A stretch of DNA of 64,000 nucleotides, from positions 960,001-1,024,000 of the forward strand of contig CAXXMB010000001.1 of the NCBI GenBank assembly GCA_963668675.2, read 5' to 3'. The stretch's first letter is position 1. The number at the start of each line of letters is the position of its first letter. Below, piece after piece: positions 20,192 through 29,623 of the stretch. The DNA is from an uncultured Desulfatitalea sp. GTDB taxonomy: Bacteria; Desulfobacterota; Desulfobacteria; Desulfobacterales; Desulfosarcinaceae. The translations under genes and the position numbers were made by a program. The notes beneath the pieces were generated by a model. The model was not told the origin of the DNA and searched no databases. It saw only the letters and a program-made list of their open reading frames with translations.

Positions 20192-21346
20192 CTACTTTTT
20201 GGCAAACAGTTTCGGATCTTCATGAAATGGTTTTTGGGTCCGATCACCTTCACCGAACACTTGGGTACAAGGCACCGGAAGCGGTTTGCCGTATATTTTT
20301 TCAGCCACGACATTATTGATGAAATCCCTGTCCTCGGCGATCAGGCAGGTGTCGACATGCTCACCAAAGTACTTGATATCGAATCCCCTGCGGATGATAT
20401 CTTTCAGCGGTTCATCGAACACATTGCCGATGGAGGTGTGAATGTAGGGACACGGCAGCACGTCGCCATACTGGGTCACCGAAAACATGCCCTTGATCGC
20501 AATGCATCCCATGTTCAAGCCATATCCGGGCGTCAAATGGGTGAAGACCTGGTGCTTCTTCTCGAGTTCGCGCATGTAGGCCATGTCCTTCTTGTCTACC
20601 AGCACGTCGAAATTGCCCTCCCAGGCGCCCACCGGTTTGGCGTAGGTAACGAATACGCCGATGTCCTTCTGGTTGAAAAATTCGATGAATCGGATGAACT
20701 CCTCCGAATAGAGCCGCTGCTTGGTCACGACGGTCTGGACGAATATGGCCAGATCGTTATCCAAGGCCGCATCGACGGCTTTGAGGGCCCTCAGGAACGA
20801 TCCCTTCGCATTCCTGAATCCGTCGTGCTCCTCTGGATCGAGGCTGTCCAGGCTCAGTTGGACCCTGTCCACACCGATCCGCTTCAGGTGGGCCGCCCGT
20901 TTGTTGTCAAGCAGCCAGCCGTTGGTATCGCAGTTGATGTAAAATTTCTGTGGATCGATGGCTTCCACCAATTGATCGAAATCCTTGAATACCAGCGGCT
21001 CACCACCGGTAATGGTGACCCGCGCCAATCCCATTTCATCTGCCTGGCGGAAGAGCTCTTTGACATCGGGGATCGTGAACTGCCTGGCATCGTTGGCGCC
21101 CTGAAACGGTTTCACCGAGCAGTGCTGGCAGCGAAAATTGCAGGCGTAGTTGTATTGAAACTGGATGATGGCGATGCTCTCCCCGTTGGCGAGCTTCTCG
21201 TCGAACTTCAATATCTTTTCATACACATATGGCTTCTCTTCTTTGAGCTTGTTGCGCCGGTTGTTCTCTTCCGGTTTGAGTTCACTGGCTTTCACGTGTT
21301 GTTTCCTTTCATTGGTCCATACACGCGGGATTTGCGTATAGGACAT
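20192..21346 (-). CDS. Radical SAM protein with Twitch/SPASM domain (true start may be slightly downstream)
   Basis: CNFRCQHC, TGGEPL, DTNG, GCIA...GDVLPC. Confidence 0.88.
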   Translation of the reverse strand: MSYTQIPRVWTNERKQHVKASELKPEENNRRNKLKEEKPYVYEKILKFDEKLANGESIAIIQFQYNYACNFRCQHCSVKPFQGANDARQFTIPDVKELFRQADEMGLARVTITGGEPLVFKDFDQLVEAIDPQKFYINCDTNGWLLDNKRAAHLKRIGVDRVQLSLDSLDPEEHDGFRNAKGSFLRALKAVDAALDNDLAIFVQTVVTKQRLYSEEFIRFIEFFNQKDIGVFVTYAKPVGAWEGNFDVLVDKKDMAYMRELEKKHQVFTHLTPGYGLNMGCIAIKGMFSVTQYGDVLPCPYIHTSIGNVFDEPLKDIIRRGFDIKYFGEHVDTCLIAEDRDFINNVVAEKIYGKPLPVPCTQVFGEGDRTQKPFHEDPKLFAKK

Positions 21347-22577
21347 AGGGCAATGGCGTATCTGACTGCACGGCAGGTGGCACCTCGCGCCCTGCCAGAG
21401 GTCTGCCGCTGCAGAAATCGCATACCGTCAGAAAATCCTTATCAAACAGATAGTCTCTCATTTTTTTTCGGGTGGCGAGGATACCATCCTCATCCAGCGG
21501 CGCTTCATACAGGTCGACGTAGTCGCTTTTCACATCCGGCACAGCCGACAATCTGGCCGCGTTGGCCGAATAGGGACACCTGAACAGCTTGCCATCGGAT
21601 AGCGTGAGCATGTTCTTGGCGCAACACATCTTGAAAAGCTGTCTGTTCTCATCGTCCGTCCGGTGGTGCGCTTTGATGCCGGCACAGTCCAGCCACTCCT
21701 CTATTTGAAGCACATGGTGATGAATCTCATTCTGCTCGAACAGTTGCTTCAGTTCGGAAAGTTTTCGTGAGAGCCTCTCACCGTAGTCGGTGGCGATGAC
21801 CAGCACCCGCTCATCTCTGAGGCAATCGAGCTGCCTGGCGTTGGGAACAATGGTGCCGTTGGTATAGAGCACCACCCGTTTCACCTCCGGGTCCGACAGC
21901 CTCCGCCCCTTGGTTAATCTCTCCACGAATATCGGCCACTGACGGTTCATGAAGGTCTCCCCGCCAATGAGACGAAAGTCCATGACCGCATCGACCACCT
22001 TGAAAAAAGCGTCGATGGCCTCCAGAAGCTCCCCGGTCTCCACATTGCGCGGGTGCTGATAGTACTGCATCAGGTTAGAACAGTCCTTGCAGCGCAGTGA
22101 ACAGCGCTCGGTGATGATCAAGTCAACGCTCCGGATGAAGATCTTGTCCCGATTGAGAAAACCGTCGTGGCACACGATGCAGTTTTCAATGGCGAACTTG
22201 CGGTAGTCGAGCTCGGCGGATTGGGACAGATCCTGATCCCTGAGCAGGACGCCTCCGGCGATCCACCTCGAAAATCCCATTGCATGCAGCAGATCGACCA
22301 CATCCTTGATGGCGGCCGCGGAGATCAATATCAACGCATCTTCGTATCGGCTTTGCAGATCAGGCGTGTAGATCACCTCTTTACCGCAACAGGAGGAGTG
22401 GGAGGCTTTGGTACTGCCATCGCAAAAGCAGGCCACATCGATGCCCTCATGACGGCAGATCGCGAACAGCTCCTCCCCGACGATCCCGGCGCCGCTGATG
22501 ATGACGGGCAGATCGCTCTCCCTGAGTCGGCGCAGCGCCTCCCTTTTGGTATCAACTTTGGACAATGGGTTTTCCAT
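21309..22577 (-). CDS. Radical SAM protein with N-terminal Rossmann-like module
   Basis: VIISGAG N-domain; CSLRCKDC; GGETF; C-terminal Cys cluster. Confidence 0.88.
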   Translation of the reverse strand: MENPLSKVDTKREALRRLRESDLPVIISGAGIVGEELFAICRHEGIDVACFCDGSTKASHSSCCGKEVIYTPDLQSRYEDALILISAAAIKDVVDLLHAMGFSRWIAGGVLLRDQDLSQSAELDYRKFAIENCIVCHDGFLNRDKIFIRSVDLIITERCSLRCKDCSNLMQYYQHPRNVETGELLEAIDAFFKVVDAVMDFRLIGGETFMNRQWPIFVERLTKGRRLSDPEVKRVVLYTNGTIVPNARQLDCLRDERVLVIATDYGERLSRKLSELKQLFEQNEIHHHVLQIEEWLDCAGIKAHHRTDDENRQLFKMCCAKNMLTLSDGKLFRCPYSANAARLSAVPDVKSDYVDLYEAPLDEDGILATRKKMRDYLFDKDFLTVCDFCSGRPLAGREVPPAVQSDTPLPYVLYANPACMDQ

Positions 22578-23628
22578 AACGCTTGTAGGCCTTGTGACGG
22601 CAGTAGTAGATGGTCAGCGCGATCAATTTCATTCTCGTCAAAAATGGGAAAATGCGGCTGTTGCCCTTTTGTGGAACGTAGTGCGGCAGGCTTTCCCTGT
22701 ATATGGACGAAGTGATGATTGTTCTGATTCTGGCATATATTTTCTTGCGATTGTGCCGCGTCGTAAGCCTGCATGAACGGATGAAAAAGATGATCACGTA
22801 GTGAATCAAGGTGTGACCGATCTCCCCTGCGATTCGGTCTGCGTCCATATCGGCACCGACCTGGAAAAAGTCACTTGCTTTTTCCCTGAATACAGTCATG
22901 TCATGGACCAGGCTTTCGGCGTTGAGAATGGACATGCTGAACGACACATGTCTGCTGTGCATGGTGTAAGTGTATAGCGGCTCGTTGACGAAGATGACCA
23001 TATCGGCGCGCTTCAGATAGGCCAGATTGAAGACGAAATCCTCGAAAAGGCGCATGGTTTCATCGAAGCGCAGCATCTCCCTTTCAATGATCGACCGTTT
23101 GTAGAGCCTTGCCCAACAATAGCTGATGGGGTGGTTGCTGGGGTACTTGAAAAAGTGGCGCACATAGTCGCGTATATCCGCAGCCGAAAGCGCCTTGATC
23201 CAGCCGTCGAACTCAATGTTGTCAGGGCTGAACACGGCTCTCTGGTCGATGATCCGACCGTCGACTTCGAGCTTGCGGAAGTTGGCCATGACCAGATCGG
23301 GTTGGTACTTGTGGTGGCAGGCGACCAGCTTTTCAAGTGTCTCCGGTTCAAGATAGTCGTCCGCGTCCAGAAAAAAGATAAAATCGCCCGAAGCATTGTC
23401 GATGCCGGTGTTCCGGGCCGCCGCCGGCCCTCTGTTCTCCTGTGTGATGACAGATACCCGTGAATCGTTGCGTGCATAGGCGCTGCATCGATCCGCGCTG
23501 GTGTCGCTCGACCCGTCGTCGACCAGAAGAAGCTCGATGTCTCGGTAGCTCTGTCCGAGAACGCTCTCCACTGCCCTTTCGATGAACCGCTCGGCATTGT
23601 GCACCGGCACCACGACACTGACCCGCAT
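22552..23628 (-). CDS. GT2 family glycosyltransferase
   Basis: VSVVVPVHN, DDGSSD, FLDADD, FED. Confidence 0.92.
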   Translation of the reverse strand: MRVSVVVPVHNAERFIERAVESVLGQSYRDIELLLVDDGSSDTSADRCSAYARNDSRVSVITQENRGPAAARNTGIDNASGDFIFFLDADDYLEPETLEKLVACHHKYQPDLVMANFRKLEVDGRIIDQRAVFSPDNIEFDGWIKALSAADIRDYVRHFFKYPSNHPISYCWARLYKRSIIEREMLRFDETMRLFEDFVFNLAYLKRADMVIFVNEPLYTYTMHSRHVSFSMSILNAESLVHDMTVFREKASDFFQVGADMDADRIAGEIGHTLIHYVIIFFIRSCRLTTRHNRKKIYARIRTIITSSIYRESLPHYVPQKGNSRIFPFLTRMKLIALTIYYCRHKAYKRYGKPIVQS

Positions 23629-23631
23629 GGC

Positions 23632-25446
23632 TTAACCCTCCTCCAAGGGGTCGATCAGCATGTTGTCAGCGAACTCCGCCCGGTCGAGAAACGGCCATAG
23701 GTCTTCCAACGGTTTTGAGACAATGCGCCCGTCGGGCAGTACCTGTGATGAGAGCCTCGGTGATGTGGGCGTATCCGGATCGACTATCACATCGCAAATC
23801 ACGGTGCCTTCGCTCGCCAGCACCGCCTCGACCTGCGCGCTCAAATTGGCTTGGCTCTCGATGCGCATCGTTCGGATGCCATACACCTCGCCCAGCCGGC
23901 AGATATCGGGCAGGGTCAGTCCGCTCTGTGCGTTGCAGCAGACGTAGCGACCCTCGAAATGGCTCTCCTGCATCGCTTTTATCGATCCGTATCCGCCGTT
24001 GTTTAGGATGAAGTACTTGATGGGCAGTTGCAATCGCGAGAGGGTCTCCAGTTCCTGGATGTTGTGCTGCAGGCCACCGTCGCCGATGATGCCGACCGTG
24101 CGACGGCCTCCCGAGGCCAGGCAGGCGCCCATGGCCGCCGGCAAACCGAAGCCCATGGCGCCGAGACCCGGTGTGTTCAAAAGCCGCTGCCCCTTCTTGT
24201 GGCTAAAGGCCTGCTGCACCACTTCGGCGCATGCACCCGAGCTGCCTGGAACAATGAGGTCGTCCGGTTGCAGCAGTTCGGAAAGTTGGTCCACCAGGTG
24301 GTAAAGATTGACGGGGCCTTCAGCGCCTTTGTGTTCGGGCAGAACGACCGGGTATTGCCGCGCCCACTCCTTGCAGCGGGCCAGCCATTGGGTGTGGTCG
24401 CTCTTAGCCTGCACTTCGGCCGCTTCGAGCATGCAATCCAAAAAGTCGGACAGATCGGCATGGACCTTCACATCAATATGCATGCCGAAAGTCTCCAATT
24501 TTCCGATTTCGGCTGGATCGATATCCACAACGACCTTACGGGCCGCCCTGGCGAAATTGGGATAGTTGTGGCCCACCTGGCACAGGTCGAGCCTGGCCCC
24601 CAGGGTCATGATCCAGTCGGCATTCTGTTGCGTAAAATTGGCGCCCCGCTGGCCGATGGCGCCTGGCTTTCCACTGTAGAGCCGATGATTTTCGGGTATC
24701 AGATCGGACGCCTTCCAGGTCGCCAGTACCGGAATGCCGAGCCGTTCTGCCAGTCGGTGAAATTTCTCCACGGCACCGCAAAGCCGCACTCCGTTACCCA
24801 GCAGGATCACCGGGCGCTGTGCCGCGTTCAACAGTGCCAAAGCCTCCGCAGCCTTCTGCCGGATCGCCTCACGGTCGATATTCTCGACAGATGCTTCAAA
24901 CCCCGCCAGCTTATCCTCCTCGACCACACTGCCCTGCACATCCAGAGGGATATCGAGCCAAACCGGACCCTTCCTTCCCGTGGTGGCCAGGTGCAGCGCC
25001 TTCTGAAGATGGTACTTAACTGTTTCCGGTTCGGTGACGGTGACGGCATACTTGGTGATGGGTGCGACCAGTGAAACGATATCCACCTCCTGGATGCCCA
25101 TCTGGCGCACGCCCACCTGTTGGCGCATATCCTGCCGTTTGACCTGTCCCGAGATCACCAGCAGCGGCGTCGAATCGATCCATGCGCCGGCCACACCGGT
25201 AATGGCATTGGTGCCGCCAGGTCCGGTGGTGACCAGGGCCACGCCCATGTGGTTGGTGTACTGACCGTAAGCCTCGGCCGCGATGACGGCCGCCTGCTCG
25301 TGCAGACAACAGACGGGATGAAGCGCTTGGCACCGCCCGAGGCTATCGAGCAGATGCATGCACCCTCCACCAGGAAGCAGGAAAATATCCTTTGCCCCCT
25401 GGTCGGACAGATAGCTGAAGATCCAGTCTGAAACTTTGATGGTCAT
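23632..25446 (-). CDS. ThDP-dependent acetolactate-synthase-like enzyme (YerE-like branched-sugar carboligase)
   Basis: HEQAA, TTGPG.TN, GDGG...NN; start moved to MTIKVSD, which overlaps the upstream stop (ATGA at 25443-25446). Confidence 0.88.
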   Translation of the reverse strand: MTIKVSDWIFSYLSDQGAKDIFLLPGGGCMHLLDSLGRCQALHPVCCLHEQAAVIAAEAYGQYTNHMGVALVTTGPGGTNAITGVAGAWIDSTPLLVISGQVKRQDMRQQVGVRQMGIQEVDIVSLVAPITKYAVTVTEPETVKYHLQKALHLATTGRKGPVWLDIPLDVQGSVVEEDKLAGFEASVENIDREAIRQKAAEALALLNAAQRPVILLGNGVRLCGAVEKFHRLAERLGIPVLATWKASDLIPENHRLYSGKPGAIGQRGANFTQQNADWIMTLGARLDLCQVGHNYPNFARAARKVVVDIDPAEIGKLETFGMHIDVKVHADLSDFLDCMLEAAEVQAKSDHTQWLARCKEWARQYPVVLPEHKGAEGPVNLYHLVDQLSELLQPDDLIVPGSSGACAEVVQQAFSHKKGQRLLNTPGLGAMGFGLPAAMGACLASGGRRTVGIIGDGGLQHNIQELETLSRLQLPIKYFILNNGGYGSIKAMQESHFEGRYVCCNAQSGLTLPDICRLGEVYGIRTMRIESQANLSAQVEAVLASEGTVICDVIVDPDTPTSPRLSSQVLPDGRIVSKPLEDLWPFLDRAEFADNMLIDPLEEG

Positions 25447-26048
25447 CTTTGCCTGCTCTCCTCTTCCTCCCGCCTCTCTTCGAGAGAGGACAGTATCTTT
25501 TCCAACCCCATGCCGCCGCTGTTCCACGGGCGGGACAGCAGAAAGGTGGTCACGCCTGCAACGGAAGCACCGCGGACATGGTCCGGATGGTCATCGATAA
25601 AACAATCGACCCGGCCGAGCCATTCGAGATAGTCGCCTTTGGACCTTTCATAGCACGTTGCAATATCGTCGGACCGCGGAGACGGAACGAAATGAAAGGT
25701 GCGAATCCAATCCCCGAAGTGGCGCATCACCCATGCGGCACTCACTGCCGCCGCCTTGCGCGGCACAGCGGTGAGAGCTATGTGGCGGTATTTTGTGCCG
25801 TGCGTCTGGAACCACGCCACGATGTCTGGATTGGGCGCCATTCTATCGTAAGCTCCGGAGAGTCGAAACGCATCCAGCGATTGCAGGTAGTCCTCCAGCG
25901 TTGCACCGATCAATTGATGGGGAGGATTTGAATCGACCGCTTCGTAGGTCAGTTCGCAGTCGGGATGATGCGCCTTCCACCACTCCTCGAGCCAGGTGCG
26001 CATCAGATCGTTCAACACGTCGTCGATATCCCATGCGATGGTCAGCAT
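25443..26048 (-). CDS. HAD-superfamily phosphatase (5'(3')-nucleotidase-like)
   Basis: WDIDDVL motif I, LTA motif II, K, FIDD motif IV. Confidence 0.8.
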   Translation of the reverse strand: MLTIAWDIDDVLNDLMRTWLEEWWKAHHPDCELTYEAVDSNPPHQLIGATLEDYLQSLDAFRLSGAYDRMAPNPDIVAWFQTHGTKYRHIALTAVPRKAAAVSAAWVMRHFGDWIRTFHFVPSPRSDDIATCYERSKGDYLEWLGRVDCFIDDHPDHVRGASVAGVTTFLLSRPWNSGGMGLEKILSSLEERREEEESRQR

Positions 26049-26109
26049 CCGTTCCCGTTTCCGTTGTATAGTGCCATTCCCTTGCCGTTCAGCGAACCCG
26101 TCGGCTGCG

Positions 26110-27669
26110 TCATCGGCGCGATTGGGTTTCGGACGGATTGAGTGCCTCGTCGTAGAGCCAGTCCGCCCAGAAGGTCATCTCGGTCTTGCGATTCGTGTTT
26201 TTAAGGATCTGCGCATCGTCATAGTAGGAGTCGTCCACGAAGTGGGTACCTGACACCTCTTCGAAGATGCACCCCTTATCCGATCTGAAACTGTGCTTGA
26301 CCCCCCTTTCGACCAGAATGATGTCGCCCGGTCGATAGCTCTTCTCCCCTTCCCCCAGATCAAGGAAGAGCTCTCCGGAGATCACCTGGAAGGTCTCCTC
26401 TTTTCTCTTGTGAAAGTGACTCGGATGGCGCTGGTTGGGCAGCATGATGATCAGTTTTTTGCAATACTCCCGGTTGACGCAGTTGATGATGATGGCCCCC
26501 CACTCTTCGAGCCGTTCAAGCCCGTAGTGGTGCGACAGCTCGAACTGCAGCGTATGGGGCAGTTGCACCTTGCTGTCGATCAGCATGTCCCTCACCTTGG
26601 CAATGGCGTTTAGGACATGGGCCCGGATATTCTCGTTTCTGACGTCTTTAAAATAGAGCGGTGCTCCAGCCTTGATCGCTTTAAGCGCTGTGTACTCAGA
26701 GTACTTGGAGAGGTGGTTGGCGGCCACCTGATCATCGAATTTGGGGATGGCGAAAAAGAGGTCGGTGACCGACAGCTTCTCGCCCTCGGCGATATCCCTT
26801 TTGGCAAACGCCCCGCGCATGAGGCCTTCCAGATCAGTCCGCTCCTTGGCATAGATCTCACGCCGCTCTCCAGAGACGCCGCACATCTCGATGGCTTGCC
26901 GTGCAGCGGTCAGCCAGGTCTGCACCTGCGAGGGCGAAGACGAATAGGCGTTCAAGGCATACGTTTCGGTTGGAACCCCCACATGCCGCTCGAAAATAGC
27001 GGCCCCTTTGGCAATGGCCATTTTGATGGCGTCCTGATTGTCGGGATCTTCGTGGGTCGAATATCCAATAGAAACATCCGGATAGCGCGCTTTGAGAAAA
27101 TCGATCTGGTTGAGGTTGAGGTGCTCGGTGCCGGTCGGGTATTCGCCCACACAGTGCATGATGGCGAACTGTTTTCGCCTGTGCCTGAGAAACATCACGA
27201 CATGATCGATGTCCTCGATGGAGGCACCAGCCGTCGAAGCAACCACAGGTTTGTCGGTCAGGGCAATCCTCTCCAGCAGCGGCCAGTCGGTGAACGAACA
27301 GCTGGCCACCTTGATGATATCGAAATCGAAGTCGACGATCTTGTCCACGGAGGGTTCATCGAACGGTGTGCACATGGAGACGAATCCTGCCTTGTCAGCG
27401 GCCTGCTTCATCTTGAGCAAGGCATCGTCCTCCATGCGCGTCTCCTGAAAGCGCTTGACATATTTGTATTCGAAGCTCTTTTTGTAATCGGGATGAATAA
27501 AGGAATCCAGGGCCCGGTATTGAAATTTCATGGCGCAGACGAATGGAAACGGCTCAACGGCTTTTTGTAACGCGTCGATAATGCGTATGCCGTGGTCCGC
27601 ATCGCCCATATGGTTGTTGGCCATGTCAAAAACGAACAGGTTTTGAAACAGGATGCCATCTCTCTTCAT
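26110..27669 (-). CDS. NeuB/N-acetylneuraminate synthase family protein with SAF and C-terminal cupin domains
   Basis: MANNHMGD, KFQ, TPFD, KVAS, HCVGEYP, GYSTH; cupin HFHKRKEETF...KHSF; start set at MKRDG after a GGAG RBS. Confidence 0.88.
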   Translation of the reverse strand: MKRDGILFQNLFVFDMANNHMGDADHGIRIIDALQKAVEPFPFVCAMKFQYRALDSFIHPDYKKSFEYKYVKRFQETRMEDDALLKMKQAADKAGFVSMCTPFDEPSVDKIVDFDFDIIKVASCSFTDWPLLERIALTDKPVVASTAGASIEDIDHVVMFLRHRRKQFAIMHCVGEYPTGTEHLNLNQIDFLKARYPDVSIGYSTHEDPDNQDAIKMAIAKGAAIFERHVGVPTETYALNAYSSSPSQVQTWLTAARQAIEMCGVSGERREIYAKERTDLEGLMRGAFAKRDIAEGEKLSVTDLFFAIPKFDDQVAANHLSKYSEYTALKAIKAGAPLYFKDVRNENIRAHVLNAIAKVRDMLIDSKVQLPHTLQFELSHHYGLERLEEWGAIIINCVNREYCKKLIIMLPNQRHPSHFHKRKEETFQVISGELFLDLGEGEKSYRPGDIILVERGVKHSFRSDKGCIFEEVSGTHFVDDSYYDDAQILKNTNRKTEMTFWADWLYDEALNPSETQSRR

Positions 27670-27692
27670 CGAAAACTCCATCGGTGGGTGAT

Positions 27693-28481
27693 CTACCAAA
27701 TTTTCCACTCTGCCTTCTGCTTGTTCCAAAGATCGTTCAAAAACTCCGCATCACGGATCGTGTCCATGCACGACCAGAATTGATTGTGTTTGTAGACCAT
27801 CAATTCACCTCTTCGGGTGATCTCATCGAGCGGGTAGCCCTCCAACTCGCAATCGTCCCGGTCTTCTAGGTAGTCGAAAAACTGCCGCTGAAAGACAAAA
27901 AAGCCCCCATTGATGAAGTTGCCGTTATACTTGGGCTTCTCTGCGAAATGGATCGCCTTGTCATCCCGGATGTTCAACTCTCCGAACCGCAGGAATCTGG
28001 GCCTCACGCCGGTCACCGTGGCAATCTTTCCGTGGTTGTCATGAAATGCCATCAGCTGGCCGATATCGATATTGGCTACCCCGTCGCCATAGGTGACCAT
28101 GAATCGTTCGGTATCGATATATTTCTCGATGCGCTTCAAACGGGCGCCCTTCAGGGCAGAATCACCCGTATTGCACAGGGTGATCTCCCAATCGCTCTCG
28201 CCGTGGCAGTTGTGAATCGTATAGCCGCAATTGGAGCCCAGCTTGATGGTGACGTCGTTGTTCATGATCTCGTAGTTGTAGAAATACTCCTTGATCATCT
28301 CTCCTTTGTACCCCAGGCATAGGATGAAACGGTGGAATCCATAATGGGCATAGACCTTCATGATGTGCCACAGGATCGGACGATTACCGATTTTCACCAT
28401 GGGCTTGGGCTTGAATTCCGTCTCCTCCCTCAGGCGCGTACCCAGCCCACCGCATAAGATAACCACAGGAATGTTGTTCAT
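27693..28481 (-). CDS. rfbF: Glucose-1-phosphate cytidylyltransferase
   Basis: ILCGGLGTRLREETEFKPKPMV, TYGDG, INGGFF, CMDT. Confidence 0.93.
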   Translation of the reverse strand: MNNIPVVILCGGLGTRLREETEFKPKPMVKIGNRPILWHIMKVYAHYGFHRFILCLGYKGEMIKEYFYNYEIMNNDVTIKLGSNCGYTIHNCHGESDWEITLCNTGDSALKGARLKRIEKYIDTERFMVTYGDGVANIDIGQLMAFHDNHGKIATVTGVRPRFLRFGELNIRDDKAIHFAEKPKYNGNFINGGFFVFQRQFFDYLEDRDDCELEGYPLDEITRRGELMVYKHNQFWSCMDTIRDAEFLNDLWNKQKAEWKIW

Positions 28482-29623
28482 ACGCGAAGTCCCGTTGTTG
28501 CGTTTTCATAATCCGAGATCTGGGCCATGCATATGGCGTGTGGCGCCTTATCCCGATAGGTTTTATACCAATCGACCGTGTGGCCGACCGCCTTTTCCAG
28601 ATCCCACGCCGGGTGCCAGCCCAGCAGGCTTTGCGCTTTGGATATGTCCAGGCTGAGCAGTGCGGCTTCATGAAGATCGGCCTGGGGCTCCTCAACCATC
28701 CAACGACCGCTGCCCCAACAACCGATCACCCGCTGGACCACCTCTCCCACCGGAACCACTGATGGCGCCGCTGGACCGAAGTTCCATGCACCGGAGAACG
28801 CCCCCGGCTCTGTCAGCATTCGCTCCGCAAGACATAAGTACCCGCTCAACGGCTCCAGCACATGCTGCCACGGTCGTTTGGCGCGGGGATGGCGGATGCG
28901 GATCGTCTCGCCATTTTCAAGGGCACGGATGCAGTCGGGAAGAATCCTGTGGTTCTGCCAGTCTCCGCCACCGATAACATTGCCGGCCCTTGCCGTGGAA
29001 ACGCTCTTGCCGTGGGTCTCAAACCGATCGGGATGAAAGTAGGCGTTGCGGTAGGCCGATGTGACCATCTCCGAACAGCTCTTGCTGGCGCTGTAAGGAT
29101 CGTATCCGCCCAAGCGGTCATTTTCGCCATACGCCTGCTGCCGGTCCCGGTTCTCATAGCATTTGTCGCTGGTTACATTGACGACGACCCTCAAGGTGTC
29201 GCTCTGCCGGCAGCACTCGAGCAGGTTGACCGTTCCGCCCACATTGATATCAAAGGTCTCTTTGGGGCGGTGGTACCCATCCAGCACGATGGGTTGTGCC
29301 GCCAGATGGAAGACCACCTCCGGCCGAATCTCACTGACCAGTCCGGATAGCCTGTCGAAATCCCTGATGTCGCCGACATGATGCCGGACCCGCTTTTCCA
29401 CACCGGAGACAACGAAGTTGTCCCTTTCGGAAATCGGGTCCAGGGCATAGCCGCTGACCTCGGCTCCCAGTGCCTCCAACCAGATGCAGAGCCATGAGCC
29501 TTTGAATCCCGTATGTCCGGTCACTAGAATGCGTTTGCCGGCAAAGATCTTCGAAACATGCACACCGGCATCTTTTCGGGCAGTCGCGCCGGTATATTTC
29601 GGATTGGACTGACGGTTATGCAT
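28478..29623 (-). CDS. rfbG: CDP-glucose 4,6-dehydratase
   Basis: VTGHTGFKGSWL, TSDKCY, DPYSASK, RAGNVIGGGDW, RPWQHVLEPL. Confidence 0.95.
   Translation of the reverse strand: MHNRQSNPKYTGATARKDAGVHVSKIFAGKRILVTGHTGFKGSWLCIWLEALGAEVSGYALDPISERDNFVVSGVEKRVRHHVGDIRDFDRLSGLVSEIRPEVVFHLAAQPIVLDGYHRPKETFDINVGGTVNLLECCRQSDTLRVVVNVTSDKCYENRDRQQAYGENDRLGGYDPYSASKSCSEMVTSAYRNAYFHPDRFETHGKSVSTARAGNVIGGGDWQNHRILPDCIRALENGETIRIRHPRAKRPWQHVLEPLSGYLCLAERMLTEPGAFSGAWNFGPAAPSVVPVGEVVQRVIGCWGSGRWMVEEPQADLHEAALLSLDISKAQSLLGWHPAWDLEKAVGHTVDWYKTYRDKAPHAICMAQISDYENATTGLRV

Noticed and set aside
20222..21583. Long + strand ORFs (453 aa here; also 24028-25074, 26617-27570, 2711-3610)
   Set aside because: Antisense shadows of motif-bearing minus-strand genes in GC-rich DNA.
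23632..25446. Housekeeping ilvB
   Set aside because: No ilvH/ilvC nearby; it is embedded in a CDP-sugar operon.
26110..27669. Standard sialic/pseudaminic/legionaminic acid pathway (neuB/pseI symbol)
   Set aside because: Precursor genes are absent from the window and the cupin fusion is atypical, so no symbol was assigned.
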